Shown: positions 20,290 through 30,293, numbered from the stretch's first letter. The stretch: DNA of 64,000 nt from an uncultured Verrucomicrobiae bacterium (GCA_963772365.1 CAVYXA010000001.1:96001-160000); one strand, 5' to 3'. Translations and numbers: made by a program. The notes: generated by a model not told the origin, from the letters alone.

Positions 20290-21279
20290 GTGCGCATTTT
20301 GGTGACCGGTGGCTGCGGATTCATCGGAAGCAACTTTGTTCGATACATTCTGCAACATTACAAACCCGCGTTTGTGACCAACGTCGATGTGCTCACCTAC
20401 GCCGGGAACCTCGCCAATCTCGCTGGCGTGGTCGAGGAACATGGCGAGCGTTACGAATTTTTCAAAGCCGATATCGCCAACGCTGACGAAATGGACGCGC
20501 TCATGACCGAGCACCAGTTCTATTCCATCATAAATTTCGCAGCCGAATCGCATGTCGACCGCAGCATCGATTCGCCGCTTAATTTCATTCACACCAACGT
20601 GGTCGGGACTGGCGTCCTGCTCGATTGCGCGCGCCGGCATGGCGTTCAGCGTTTCATTCAGGTTTCCACTGATGAAGTTTACGGATCGCTCGGCAAAACG
20701 GGAAAGTTTACCGAGCAAAGTCCGCTCGATCCGAGTTCGCCATACTCAGCGAGCAAAGCGGGGGCGGATCTGCTTGCACTCGGTTATTACAAAACATACG
20801 GCCAGGATGTGATCGTCACCCGCTGCTCCAACAACTACGGTCCTTATCAATTTCCCGAAAAACTGATCCCGCTCATGATCATCAAGGCGATCCGGGACGA
20901 GCCGCTGCCGGTTTATGGGGATGGCGGGAACGTGCGGGATTGGATTCATGTGAATGACCATTGCGCCGGGATCGTCTCTGCGTTGTTCGAAGGAAAACCG
21001 GGCGCGGTTTACAACTTCGGCGGCAACAGTGAGATGGTGAATCTCGATGTCGTGAAAATGATTCTGAAAAAGCTCGGAAAACCGGAAAACCTCATCTCAT
21101 TTGTCGAAGATCGACTCGGGCACGATCGACGTTACGCCATCGATTCGTCATTCGCCCAGCGGGAATTGAAGTGGAAACCGCGAAAAGATTTCCCGGAAGG
21201 TTTGGAAGAAACGATCCAGTGGTACATCGACAATCCATCCTGGTGGCAACCGCTGCTCGAACGCGCGGGCAGATATTAG
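20290..21279 (+). CDS. rfbB: dTDP-glucose 4,6-dehydratase
   Basis: ILVTGGCGFIGSNF, AAESHVDRSI, STDEVYG, YSASK, EKLIP, GHDRRYA. Confidence 0.96.
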   Translation: MRILVTGGCGFIGSNFVRYILQHYKPAFVTNVDVLTYAGNLANLAGVVEEHGERYEFFKADIANADEMDALMTEHQFYSIINFAAESHVDRSIDSPLNFIHTNVVGTGVLLDCARRHGVQRFIQVSTDEVYGSLGKTGKFTEQSPLDPSSPYSASKAGADLLALGYYKTYGQDVIVTRCSNNYGPYQFPEKLIPLMIIKAIRDEPLPVYGDGGNVRDWIHVNDHCAGIVSALFEGKPGAVYNFGGNSEMVNLDVVKMILKKLGKPENLISFVEDRLGHDRRYAIDSSFAQRELKWKPRKDFPEGLEETIQWYIDNPSWWQPLLERAGRY

Positions 21280-21391
21280 AGGCCAAATTTGCCGCCGGTT
21301 TGCGCTTGTCTGCCAGTCGTGAAGTTGATTAGATTTTCGCTGAACGAGAGGTCGACGCTGGAATCGATACAAACTCCTTCGTTAACCAGGA

Positions 21392-23413
21392 ATGTTTCGC
21401 GAAACCATTGCCTTGTTGTTTTTCACCGTCGCTGGTGTGATGTCGATCTGCGCGGTTGCTCCGTCATTGGCACCCAGTTCGGTAAAGGCAGCGCCAGAAT
21501 CTTTGGATAAGATCGCTCCCTGGGTACTTGAGCATACGGGAGGCGGTAAGGAAGCTGAGTTTTTCGTTGTGCTGGCGGATCAAGCGGATCTCACGGGTGC
21601 CGCTGGGTTCCAGTCGAAAAACGAAAAAGGCCGATTTGTCCGACGAGCCCTGTGGAAAACGGCCCGCTCAACTCAAGGGCCGCTTCTGAAATGGCTGAGT
21701 GATCGAAACATCGAGCATCGCTCCTATTACATCGTGAATATGATCTGGGTAAAAGGAGGACTGGAGTTGGCGCGCGCGTTATCCGCGCGACCCGACGTCC
21801 GGCGGATCGAAGGCAATCCGATGATTCAGAATATTTCCAATTCAATCGCTCCACTTGAGCAAACTATTTTGCGCCGGGGACCCGGAATAGTGTCGCTCGT
21901 CGAACCGGGCATTACTTACACCCGCGCACCGGAGGTATGGGCTGTCGGTTACGTTGGGCAGGGGATCGTCGTCGGGGGAGCTGGAACTGGTTACCGGTGG
22001 ACGCACACGGCGTTAAAAAATCAGTATCGCGGCTGGGACGGCACGAACGCGAACCACAATTACAACTGGCACGACAGCATTCATTCCGGCGGCGGAAGTT
22101 GCGGCGCCGATTCTCTCCAGCCGTGCGATGACAACGGCCTTGGCACGCACACATTGGGCACGGCGATCGGTGACGATGGTAGCGGCAATCAGATTGGGAT
22201 GGCGCCGGATGCAAAATGGATCGGATGCCGCAACATGGATCAGGGAGTTGGCACGCCGGCTACTTACCTGGAATGTCTCGAATTTTTTCTCGCGCCCTAT
22301 CCGGTAGGCGGAGATCCATCCCAAGGTGATCCGACCAAGGCCCCACATGTAACGGTCAATTCCTGGAGCTGTCCCGCATCGGAAGGTTGTTCCGTGGCAA
22401 CTTTGCAGTCAGCGCTCGAAGCCCAACGCGCGGCCGGAATCGTTACTGTGGCTGGCGTTGGGGCTGGAGGTCCGGCGTGTTCAACTGTATCGGATCCACC
22501 CGCGATTTATGATGCTGTTTATTCCGCCGGAGCGTTAGGTACGGGCACGGATGTCATCACTTCTTTCAGTAGCCGCGGTCCGGTAACGGTCGATGGCAGC
22601 ATGCGGCTGAAGCCAGATATAACGGCGCCGAGCACGAGTATTCGTTCGACTTATCTAACCAGCGACACTGCGTACGCCACTTTTAGCGGCACCTCCATGG
22701 CGGGTGCTCACATTGCGGGTGCGGTCGCGTTGCTCTTGTCCGCCCGGCCGGAGTTGATCGGTGATGTGTCGATGATGCGAAGCGTTTTGAACCAGTCTGC
22801 GGTGCATATTTTAAATAGTACATGTGACGGCGGGGGGCCGGGCATTTCGCCTAACAACACCTATGGTTATGGGCGCGTGGACGTGAAATCCGCGGTCGGC
22901 TTTCTGCTTACCGCAGCAGTGTCGCGGAAAACCCACGGAGCTGCCGGCGCATTCGATGTCGATCTTCCACTTGCCGCTGATCACGGGGTCGAATGCCGCA
23001 GCAGCGAGGGCAATCACACGTTGGTATTTATCTTTACAAATCCGGTAATCGGCGGCGATGTCAGTATTGAAAGCGGCATGGGCAATATTTCCGGGCCGCC
23101 TGTGTTCTCCGGCAACACGATGACAGTGAACCTGACTGGCGTCGCTAACCGGCAAACGCTCACCGTCCGGTTGAGCAGCGTCACGGACGATTCAGATCAC
23201 GTTTTGCCAGATACGCTAGTGAGCATGGAGCTGTTGATTGGCGACACCAACGGCAACGGGATCGTGAACGCAAGCGACATTGCGCAGGCGAAATCTCGGA
23301 TCGGTCAACCCGTAACCAGTAACAATTTTCGCACGGACATTAACGTTAACGGCACAATCAACGCATCCGATGTGTCGATTGTGAAATCGCAAGTCGGCGC
23401 GTCGTTGCCCTGA
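21392..23413 (+). CDS. Secreted S8 subtilase homologue with degenerate catalytic triad and C-terminal dockerin-like domain
   Basis: Signal peptide, propeptide, FSSRGP, KPDITAP, SGTSMA, NNTYGYGRVD; C-terminal GDTNGNGIVNASD and DINVNGTINASD; Asp and His sites altered. Confidence 0.88.
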   Translation: MFRETIALLFFTVAGVMSICAVAPSLAPSSVKAAPESLDKIAPWVLEHTGGGKEAEFFVVLADQADLTGAAGFQSKNEKGRFVRRALWKTARSTQGPLLKWLSDRNIEHRSYYIVNMIWVKGGLELARALSARPDVRRIEGNPMIQNISNSIAPLEQTILRRGPGIVSLVEPGITYTRAPEVWAVGYVGQGIVVGGAGTGYRWTHTALKNQYRGWDGTNANHNYNWHDSIHSGGGSCGADSLQPCDDNGLGTHTLGTAIGDDGSGNQIGMAPDAKWIGCRNMDQGVGTPATYLECLEFFLAPYPVGGDPSQGDPTKAPHVTVNSWSCPASEGCSVATLQSALEAQRAAGIVTVAGVGAGGPACSTVSDPPAIYDAVYSAGALGTGTDVITSFSSRGPVTVDGSMRLKPDITAPSTSIRSTYLTSDTAYATFSGTSMAGAHIAGAVALLLSARPELIGDVSMMRSVLNQSAVHILNSTCDGGGPGISPNNTYGYGRVDVKSAVGFLLTAAVSRKTHGAAGAFDVDLPLAADHGVECRSSEGNHTLVFIFTNPVIGGDVSIESGMGNISGPPVFSGNTMTVNLTGVANRQTLTVRLSSVTDDSDHVLPDTLVSMELLIGDTNGNGIVNASDIAQAKSRIGQPVTSNNFRTDINVNGTINASDVSIVKSQVGASLP

Positions 23414-23456
23414 CTGCAGTCGTGTACCGCCGAGCAGGAAAGCTTCCCAGCAGCTG

Positions 23457-23486
23457 TTGACATTCTGGTCATCGTATGACCATCCT
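23457..23486 (+). promoter_or_regulatory. TA operon promoter with palindromic operator
   Basis: TTGACA 23457-23462, perfect IR TGGTCAT-CGT-ATGACCA 23466-23482, CATCCT -10-like box, ATG at 23493. Confidence 0.7.
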
Positions 23487-23492
23487 GTGGCC

Positions 23493-23742
23493 ATGGAATC
23501 GGTAAGTGTTGCTAAATTGAAAAGTAATCTCAGCCGCTATCTGAACTCGGTAAGAAAAGGCTCCGAGATCATGGTCACTTCTCATCGCCATTCGATTGCC
23601 CGCATTGTTCCATCGCTAGGTCGGCGGATAATTTGAAGATCATTCCTGCGCGCAAACCGGTCTCGTCTTTGAAAAAATCAAGGGACTCAACCTGGATGTG
23701 GATCTGGTCGCCGACCTTTTAACCGACCGGCGACGTCGATGA
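23493..23742 (+). CDS. Phd/YefM-type antitoxin with two apparent 1-nt deletions
   Basis: MESVSVAKLKSNLSRYLNSVRKGSEIMVTSHRHSIARIVP; restoring a G (~23619) and an A (A-run ~23677) gives ...DLVADLLTDRRRR* with ATGA overlap on the toxin start. Confidence 0.78.
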
Positions 23743-24155
23743 ACGTTTACCTCGATTCTTCCGTCGTGCTACAACGGTTACAGGGCAAGCAACGCGTGAT
23801 CGCCGATTGGGGAAATTGGCAGCATGCTTACAGCAGCGAATTACTTCGTGCCGAAGTCTTACGCAGCATCGATCGCAATCGGTTGCGGGGCGCGCTGGAG
23901 GATGATGACGTGGCTGAGCTTGTCACGAACGCGCACACCATCTTTGATGCGATCGAGTTCGTCGCTCTAAATGCCGCAATTTTGAGGAGAGCTTCGCAAT
24001 CGTTTTTAACGCCGCTCGGCACGCTGGACGCACTGCATCTGGCTGCGGCCTTGCACCTGGTCGACATCGCTCGAATCGATCTGGTTCTTCTTACTCATGA
24101 CAGCGCCTTAGCGATTGCGGCTCGGAGCGCGAACTTTCGGGTCGCGGGTGTCTAA
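23739..24155 (+). CDS. PIN-domain (VapC-type) toxin
   Basis: VYLDSSVVL, SELLRAE, LGTLDALHLAAA, LTHD. Confidence 0.9.
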   Translation: MNVYLDSSVVLQRLQGKQRVIADWGNWQHAYSSELLRAEVLRSIDRNRLRGALEDDDVAELVTNAHTIFDAIEFVALNAAILRRASQSFLTPLGTLDALHLAAALHLVDIARIDLVLLTHDSALAIAARSANFRVAGV

Positions 24156-24184
24156 CCGGGCATGCTGGTTGTGGCCATCTATTC

Positions 24185-25105
24185 ATGAAAATAGTGGTGA
24201 TAGGTGCGGGTGGTCGTCTGGGGGCGGCCCTCACGCGCGTGTATCGGGGAAAACATCACGTCATCGGTTTCGATCATCGCGCTGTCGATCTTTGCCATGA
24301 ACGGCAGATTCGCGAAAAAATCGGTCCGCTCGACTTTGAAGTGCTCATCAACACGGCAGCGCTTACCAATGTCGATTATTGCGAAAGCCATCGGGAGGAA
24401 GCATTCGCCATCAACGCGGAAGCTCCGCGCGTGCTGGCCCAGATTTGCCGGGACAAACAAGCGAAGCTGATCCACATCAGCACCGATTACGTTTTCGACG
24501 GCGAAAAACGCGAGCCCTACCGCGAGGAGGACGAAGCGCGACCGATCAGTGTTTACGGTGAATCAAAACGGGCCGGCGAGGAAAATGTTCTCAATGTTGA
24601 GGAAGCCCATTTAATCGTACGCGTGTCGTGGGTTTTTGGTCCGGACCGGCCGAGCTTTGTCGATGGTGTAATCAAACGGGCATCGGAAAGCGACTATGTC
24701 GATGCAATCGCGGACAAATTCGCCACGCCCACGTACACGCTCGATACCGCAGAAATGCTTCCGCAATTCTTTGGCCCTGGAACGAGAGCCAATCCCGAAG
24801 CCGCGGTCGGCGGCCGCGCCGATAGTGCCGGTGTGGGTGGGATTATGCATTTCGCGAATGCTGGCGAGTGCAGTTGGCAGGAATATGGTCAATGGGCGCT
24901 CGATTGCTGCCGCGACGCAGGATTGCCTCTGAAGGCGACCGCAGTTGGGCCGCTTCAATTGCGCGACATGAAAAATTTCGTTGCGCGGCGCCCGGTTTAT
25001 TCCGTGCTTTCCACGGCCAAATACCAGGCTATAACCGGTCGCGCACCGCGCACTTGGCGAGAGGCCGTCTCTGATTATATTAAGCGCTCTTATTCAAAAA
25101 TATGA
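24185..25105 (+). CDS. rfbD: dTDP-4-dehydrorhamnose reductase
   Basis: GAGGRLG, HISTDYVFDG, YGESK, PT, RP. Confidence 0.93.
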   Translation: MKIVVIGAGGRLGAALTRVYRGKHHVIGFDHRAVDLCHERQIREKIGPLDFEVLINTAALTNVDYCESHREEAFAINAEAPRVLAQICRDKQAKLIHISTDYVFDGEKREPYREEDEARPISVYGESKRAGEENVLNVEEAHLIVRVSWVFGPDRPSFVDGVIKRASESDYVDAIADKFATPTYTLDTAEMLPQFFGPGTRANPEAAVGGRADSAGVGGIMHFANAGECSWQEYGQWALDCCRDAGLPLKATAVGPLQLRDMKNFVARRPVYSVLSTAKYQAITGRAPRTWREAVSDYIKRSYSKI

Positions 25106-25974
25106 AAACTCATCGCCTGATTCTCGCATCCACCCTGTCGATCTTCCTGTCCGCAACCGCGCGAGCGGATTTGAAATGGGACCAGACCGCGGTCGAACTC
25201 CATCCTTCGATTACCGACAAGCAAGCAATCGGTCATTTTAAATACGAAAACACGGGCAAAGAGCCGGTGCATTTCAAGTCGGTCCACGCCTCCTGCGGCT
25301 GCACCACAGCGCAGACCCAGAAAGAAGAAGTGAAGCCCGGCGAGAAAGGCGAGATCACAGCCACATTCAACATTGGCGATCGCACCGGCACACAGGTCAA
25401 AACCATCACCGTGCAGACCGATAACCCAGATCCGACAAAAGCGACGACGATGCTTAAGCTCACGGCGGTAATTCCGCAGGCGCTCGAGATCACGCCCACT
25501 TTTCTTTTCTGGCAGGACAAAGAGCCCGCGAAAGCGAAGTCAATCATGGTGAAAGCAAACAAGGATTTTCCCGTGAAAGGGATCAAGGCCACCACACCGA
25601 CCAAGGAGTTTGACGTCAAGGTGAACAAGATTGGGAAAGGTGAATACAAGATTGACGTGACGCCGCAGGACATGTCGCACATGTCGGCCGCAACGATCAC
25701 GATTCAGCCCGAGGATACGAATAAGATGTATTATGCCAACGTACGGATAATGGGACCACCAATGTCCCCAGCGCCAATGGGGAATGTCGGGGTGCCGACG
25801 CCTGCAAGTGCGCCCGTTAAAAACGGGACGCCGCCCATGCCCGCTACCAATTCCGGAGCCAACGGTGCCGCACCGCCGCCGACGCCAGTAAATTCGTCGA
25901 ATAACTCCGCCCCGCCGACTCCAGTCCAAAATTCGGCCGGTTCGACATCACCCGCGCCGACGCCGCAACAATAA
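25102..25974 (+). CDS. DUF1573-type secreted protein with Pro-rich tail
   Basis: Signal peptide, NTGKEP, ASCGCT motif. Confidence 0.8.
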   Translation: MKTHRLILASTLSIFLSATARADLKWDQTAVELHPSITDKQAIGHFKYENTGKEPVHFKSVHASCGCTTAQTQKEEVKPGEKGEITATFNIGDRTGTQVKTITVQTDNPDPTKATTMLKLTAVIPQALEITPTFLFWQDKEPAKAKSIMVKANKDFPVKGIKATTPTKEFDVKVNKIGKGEYKIDVTPQDMSHMSAATITIQPEDTNKMYYANVRIMGPPMSPAPMGNVGVPTPASAPVKNGTPPMPATNSGANGAAPPPTPVNSSNNSAPPTPVQNSAGSTSPAPTPQQ

Positions 25975-25993
25975 GAAGTCGCATCGCGATCTC

Positions 25994-26440
25994 GTGAGAG
26001 CGCACTGGTTTCGGCAGGCCACCGTGGTCGTTTGTCTTGCCATTCTACCGGCGCTGGCAGAAGCGGTTTATTTTCGCGGCAAGATTTCGTGGCGATCGCC
26101 CATAGCCGCTTCGGAAATGGTGAATGTCGATCAGGCCCAAGCCTGGGGACAAAACGCGATTTGGGTCGATGCCCGTCCCAATGATGAATACGAGAGCGAT
26201 CATGTTCCCGGCGCGATTCTGCTGAACGAAGATCATTGGAACGAATTGTTGCCGCAATTTCTATCGACCTGGTCGCCGGCGAAAAAGGTTGTCGTTTACT
26301 GCAGCAGTCTCAGTTGCAACGCCAGTCGCGATGTCGCCCGGCGGTTGCGAAACGAAGTGCAATTGAAAGACAGCGAAGGAAAAAATTGCGTGTTCGTCCT
26401 CGATGGCGGCTGGGAAGCGTGGCTCAAGAAGAAGAAATGA
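25994..26440 (+). CDS. Rhodanese-like domain protein
   Basis: WVDAR, HVPGAI, VVVYC, LDGGWEAW. Confidence 0.88.
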   Translation: MRAHWFRQATVVVCLAILPALAEAVYFRGKISWRSPIAASEMVNVDQAQAWGQNAIWVDARPNDEYESDHVPGAILLNEDHWNELLPQFLSTWSPAKKVVVYCSSLSCNASRDVARRLRNEVQLKDSEGKNCVFVLDGGWEAWLKKKK

Positions 26441-26471
26441 GTGATGAGTTCCAAGTGAGTGAAGAGTCGAT

Positions 26472-26527
26472 CCTCACCGGCGCTTCGCGTCCGCCTCTCC
26501 CTGGCCAGGGAGAGGATCGAGGTGAGG
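26472..26527. repeat. Intergenic palindromic REP-like element
   Basis: 22-bp perfect palindrome CCTCTCCCTGGCCAGGGAGAGG (26494-26515) nested in CCTCACC...GGTGAGG. Confidence 0.7.
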
Positions 26528-26555
26528 GGCAATAGTTAACCGCTAAATCATTAAA

Positions 26556-26975
26556 ATGGGAAAGATCCTCTGGCGAATTGTCGATCTTATCATCGGCGGT
26601 GTTTTCATTTACGCCGGCGTGATCAAGATGCTCGGTCCGGTTCAGTTCGCCTACGACATCGATAATTACAAAATTCTGCCGTGGACGGCTGGTGTCGGGC
26701 TTGCGTTTTATCTGCCGTGGCTGGAAATATTTTGCGGCCTCGCGTTGGTCTTCCGGATTCTCTATCGGGGCGCATTGTCGATCCTGGCCGCGCTCATCAC
26801 GATCTTCATTGCCACCACCGTTGCCGCAAAAGTTCGCGGACTCGACATCACCTGCGGCTGTTTCGGTCACGCCAGTCAGCACTGGAATTTCCCCGCTCAC
26901 ATGGCGGTGGATCTGGCTCTGCTTGCTATCGTGGTTTTGCTGTTCTGGGCTACCCAGAAGGGTAGAAAAGAATAG
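26556..26975 (+). CDS. MauE/DoxX-family membrane protein
   Basis: LPWLE and RGLDITCGCFG motifs. Confidence 0.9.
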   Translation: MGKILWRIVDLIIGGVFIYAGVIKMLGPVQFAYDIDNYKILPWTAGVGLAFYLPWLEIFCGLALVFRILYRGALSILAALITIFIATTVAAKVRGLDITCGCFGHASQHWNFPAHMAVDLALLAIVVLLFWATQKGRKE

Positions 26976-26977
26976 AA

Positions 26978-27059
26978 AGGGGTCAGGTAAAATGAAAACG
27001 GCTTCCTTTCTTCTCCAAGCCTACGCTCTGGAACGCTGCTTTCATTCTACCTGACCCCT
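26978..27059. repeat. Inverted-repeat (MITE/REPIN-like) element
   Basis: AGGGGTCAGGTAAAATGAAA (26978-26997) and TTTCATTCTACCTGACCCCT (27040-27059), 19/20 complementary. Confidence 0.7.
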
Positions 27060-27218
27060 GTTAGTGACCCATCGCAAACGCTTTCGCATGTCATTGAGAA
27101 AGCAGGGCAACGCGGGGAAGCAGCTCTTCCCCGAAGGCGGTCCGAACAGTTCAAATCCAGAGGAGCCGCCTCGCTTTCAGCCTACGTCGGCGCGCGTCCT
27201 TCGATTAATCAGCAGCAA

Positions 27219-27893
27219 CTAAGCGCGGCGCGCTCGCCGCTTTGCACGGGCCCAAAGGAGAAGACAGGCGCCGCCACCGAGTAAGACCCACGACTGGGGT
27301 TCGGGTACGGCCGAGATATCGAAGCTGCCTCCCGGAAGCCCGGTAAAGCCAGTGAGCGTCGAAGTTGGAAATGTTAAGACCGTCGGGCCGTTAATGAATC
27401 GAAGTTCATCATACGCAATCCCTGGAGCCGTGCTGCTGGAAGTCCAATTGATCGCCTGCAAATCCGGGCTCCCGACGAAGAATAAAGCGCCCACGACATA
27501 GTTGGTTCCGGCCGGCAAAAAGAGCGGCATCGACAATTGGACCTCGCGAAATACACCGCTGCTATCGAGCGGTGCAACCGTTCCCGCCGGTACCGTCACC
27601 GATGCGAGCAGAATGCCGTTTGAATCCCAAAGTCCAACCTCATGGGACTCAGCCAGACCGTTGCCTAAATCATCATAAACCGTCAATCCAGTAACCAAAA
27701 CTCCGCCCACCGCGGAGACATCGAAAGAGTAGCCGCGCGTGCTGTTGGCCCCGGTCCCGTTCCCGCTCTGGCCTTGAAACGTCAGCGCGGGCAACTCCTG
27801 GCCGCGGGCACTGGTCAAAAAGAGGCAGACGGCAAATAACGAAACGGCGAAAAGGCACGCCGACGAGGTGAAACTTCGAACTCTTGTTTTCAT
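27219..27893 (-). CDS. PEP-CTERM sorting-domain protein
   Basis: Signal peptide; VPEP followed by TM helix and basic KRRARR tail. Confidence 0.9.
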   Translation of the reverse strand: MKTRVRSFTSSACLFAVSLFAVCLFLTSARGQELPALTFQGQSGNGTGANSTRGYSFDVSAVGGVLVTGLTVYDDLGNGLAESHEVGLWDSNGILLASVTVPAGTVAPLDSSGVFREVQLSMPLFLPAGTNYVVGALFFVGSPDLQAINWTSSSTAPGIAYDELRFINGPTVLTFPTSTLTGFTGLPGGSFDISAVPEPQSWVLLGGGACLLLWARAKRRARRA

Positions 27894-28101
27894 GAGGCCG
27901 ATTCTTTATTTTTCGGGCACGTTGTCAATCAAATTCCTTTCGCGAAATGCGATCCAGTCGCGGGCTGATCGGGATCGTAACGGGGTCGCATCTGTAATAT
28001 TTTTCAGTTCAACGATCAGTTAGTCGCATATTCGGCGACGCGGCTGGCGCCTAGCGAGAGAGATTTCTTCGTTACCGCTCAGTGATGTCTCCGAGACGTA
28101 C

Positions 28102-28434
28102 TTATTCCTTTGTGATTTTTCCGCCCCACGAGAGAATCTTGGCTTTGGTGCCGGCGGCTTCGGCTTGTTTGATGTCGCCCGCGCGATTGTAGAACAACGA
28201 CAAACTCGTCCACGCGATTTGATCGTTGGGCCGAAGCTCGGTTGCCTTTTTGCCGGCTTCAATCGCTTCGTTAAACCGTCCGAGCTTCATCAATGCCATG
28301 CCGAGCGCGTGCCAGCCGTCGAAGAAATCGGGATCGATCTCGACACAGCGCCGGTATTTTCCGACCGCGCTTTCCAGGTCGCCTACAGCCAGATCGCCGT
28401 TAGCGTCGTCGAAAATATCATCGCGCGTTTCCAA
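28102..28434 (-). CDS. Small TPR-repeat protein
   Basis: TPR consensus (AVGKYRRCVEIDPDFFDGWHALGMALMKLGRFNEA). Confidence 0.85.
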   Translation of the reverse strand: METRDDIFDDANGDLAVGDLESAVGKYRRCVEIDPDFFDGWHALGMALMKLGRFNEAIEAGKKATELRPNDQIAWTSLSLFYNRAGDIKQAEAAGTKAKILSWGGKITKE

Positions 28435-28449
28435 TTGCGAAATCCGAGA

Positions 28450-29982
28450 TTAGCTCTTGCCGGTCGGGGCCGCGGCGGTGACAAGTCCCGCATCCTGCTG
28501 GCGGTCGTGCAGCCACTCGTAAAAGACAATTTGCTGTTTGCTGTTTAAATAGCGTTGATCGAACTCCGCTTTTTTTGCTGCGTACTTCGCCGCGTCGGGC
28601 GGCTCGCGTTTTTCCAGATAGACGATGAACCCTCCATCCTCCCACGGCGTGTAGTTGCTCACACTGCCGGGCTGGAGAGATGAAGCGATATTTTTGATCA
28701 TAAATAGATCGGGAGCTTGTTTCGCCTGATCGGCGGCACTCGTATTCGCTTCATCGATCGGCGCGAATGGCGGAATCTTTTCCACTTTTACGCCGGCCTT
28801 TTGCGCCGCAGCTTCGAACGATTGACCCGACTTGAGCGCGTCTTGCAATTCGTTCACCACGTCGAGCCCTTTCTTCTTCACGATTTCCTGGCCGCGGGCG
28901 CGCTTCAGTGCTTCGACAACTTTTGGTTTCGCCTCTTCCAGGGTCAATGGACGCGAAGCAACGACGTCATCGAGGTGTAGAATATAGAATCCATCAACAA
29001 CCTGGACCGGATCGCCGTTGGGTGCCGCGCGCGTTAGCTTGAACGCGGCGTCGCTCAGTTCAGGAGAAGCCGCTTTCAATTTCGGATCGGGCGCAGCCAT
29101 AGTAAATTCGCCGGTCGTTTGCATGGGTAATTGAAATTTCACTGCCACTTGTTTGAAGTCAGCGCCCTTTTCCAGCAAGCCTTGCGAAAAATCGTTGGCC
29201 CGGTCGGCCAGTTTTTGCAGCGCGTCGATTCGCGGTTTGCCAGTGAGTTTCTTCTGGTCGCCGGTCAGCGCAAGCTCCACGTAATCGACTTTACGTTTCT
29301 CCTCCGTCTTAAATTCCCCTTTATGTTCATCGAAATATTTTTGAACATCTTCGTCGCTAATTTTGATCTCCTTTGCGGCATCGGCTCCTTGGAACCGAAT
29401 CACGCTGACATGTAGCGTTCCGTAGGCTTCGTCGAAGTTGGTCTTACTGAGCGATTCCGAAAGAGTGACTCCGGTATCCAGAAGCTGCTTGATTTGCTTA
29501 AGCGAAAGTTCGTCGCGAACAAGCTCTTCCAGGTCGGCTTCTCCCATCCCGCGCGGCGAAAGAGCGTTCTGGATGAACTCGTCATATTTCTTTAAATCGA
29601 ATCCCGACGCGCTGCGAAACGCCGGGAGATCGTGCACAGTTTCGACCACCTGCGCTTGCGTAGGCTGAATCCCGAGCCGATCGGCTTCATGGCGCAAAAT
29701 CATCAGGTTCAGGACGAATTCCGGATACGCTTCGTTCTCCTCTTTTGCACCGACGGTTAAATCCTGCGGCAAATCAGACATTCCGAGGGCCCGAGCCAGA
29801 TCGAGCAGGCGAGCGTACTTTCGAGCTTCGACAATGGAAATGTTGCGATCGTAGATCCGGGCAAAGGAATCGGAGTGGATCTGGCCGAGATCGCTTTTGA
29901 CGAAATAGAAAATGAACGGGATCGACAGAATAGCGACCACGATCATGAGCCAGGTCCGATGCTTTCGAAGTAACTTCATCAT
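28450..29982 (-). CDS. PpiD/SurA-like membrane-anchored chaperone/rotamase
   Basis: MMKLLRKHR plus TM anchor, FDLKKY, EIKISDEDVQKYF, EKRKVDYV, LTLEEAK. Confidence 0.85.
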   Translation of the reverse strand: MMKLLRKHRTWLMIVVAILSIPFIFYFVKSDLGQIHSDSFARIYDRNISIVEARKYARLLDLARALGMSDLPQDLTVGAKEENEAYPEFVLNLMILRHEADRLGIQPTQAQVVETVHDLPAFRSASGFDLKKYDEFIQNALSPRGMGEADLEELVRDELSLKQIKQLLDTGVTLSESLSKTNFDEAYGTLHVSVIRFQGADAAKEIKISDEDVQKYFDEHKGEFKTEEKRKVDYVELALTGDQKKLTGKPRIDALQKLADRANDFSQGLLEKGADFKQVAVKFQLPMQTTGEFTMAAPDPKLKAASPELSDAAFKLTRAAPNGDPVQVVDGFYILHLDDVVASRPLTLEEAKPKVVEALKRARGQEIVKKKGLDVVNELQDALKSGQSFEAAAQKAGVKVEKIPPFAPIDEANTSAADQAKQAPDLFMIKNIASSLQPGSVSNYTPWEDGGFIVYLEKREPPDAAKYAAKKAEFDQRYLNSKQQIVFYEWLHDRQQDAGLVTAAAPTGKS

Positions 29983-30293
29983 AATTTGGGAGGCAACAGT
30001 AGCGGCAGCGGGGTTGGCTCGCAAATAAGTTGCCTTGGACGGCGTCTACGCTGTCGGCGTCCAAAATTTGAATCGTCGAGTCAGGCGCCGCGATCTCAAT
30101 TACACCGCGGCTTCGGTCCGATGTCTCTCTCTCTTATGCCCGTGAGAGCATAGCGCAGCGAAGTAAAATAATAATGAAGGGCTTTTGCGGCAAGGACCAG
30201 TGACAGGCACGCCCGCCCACGGCGGCAGTCCATTTGAAAGACCAGCGCCGTCCTAGATGCAAAAACGACTAATTGACGTTGCGGCTTGAACCG

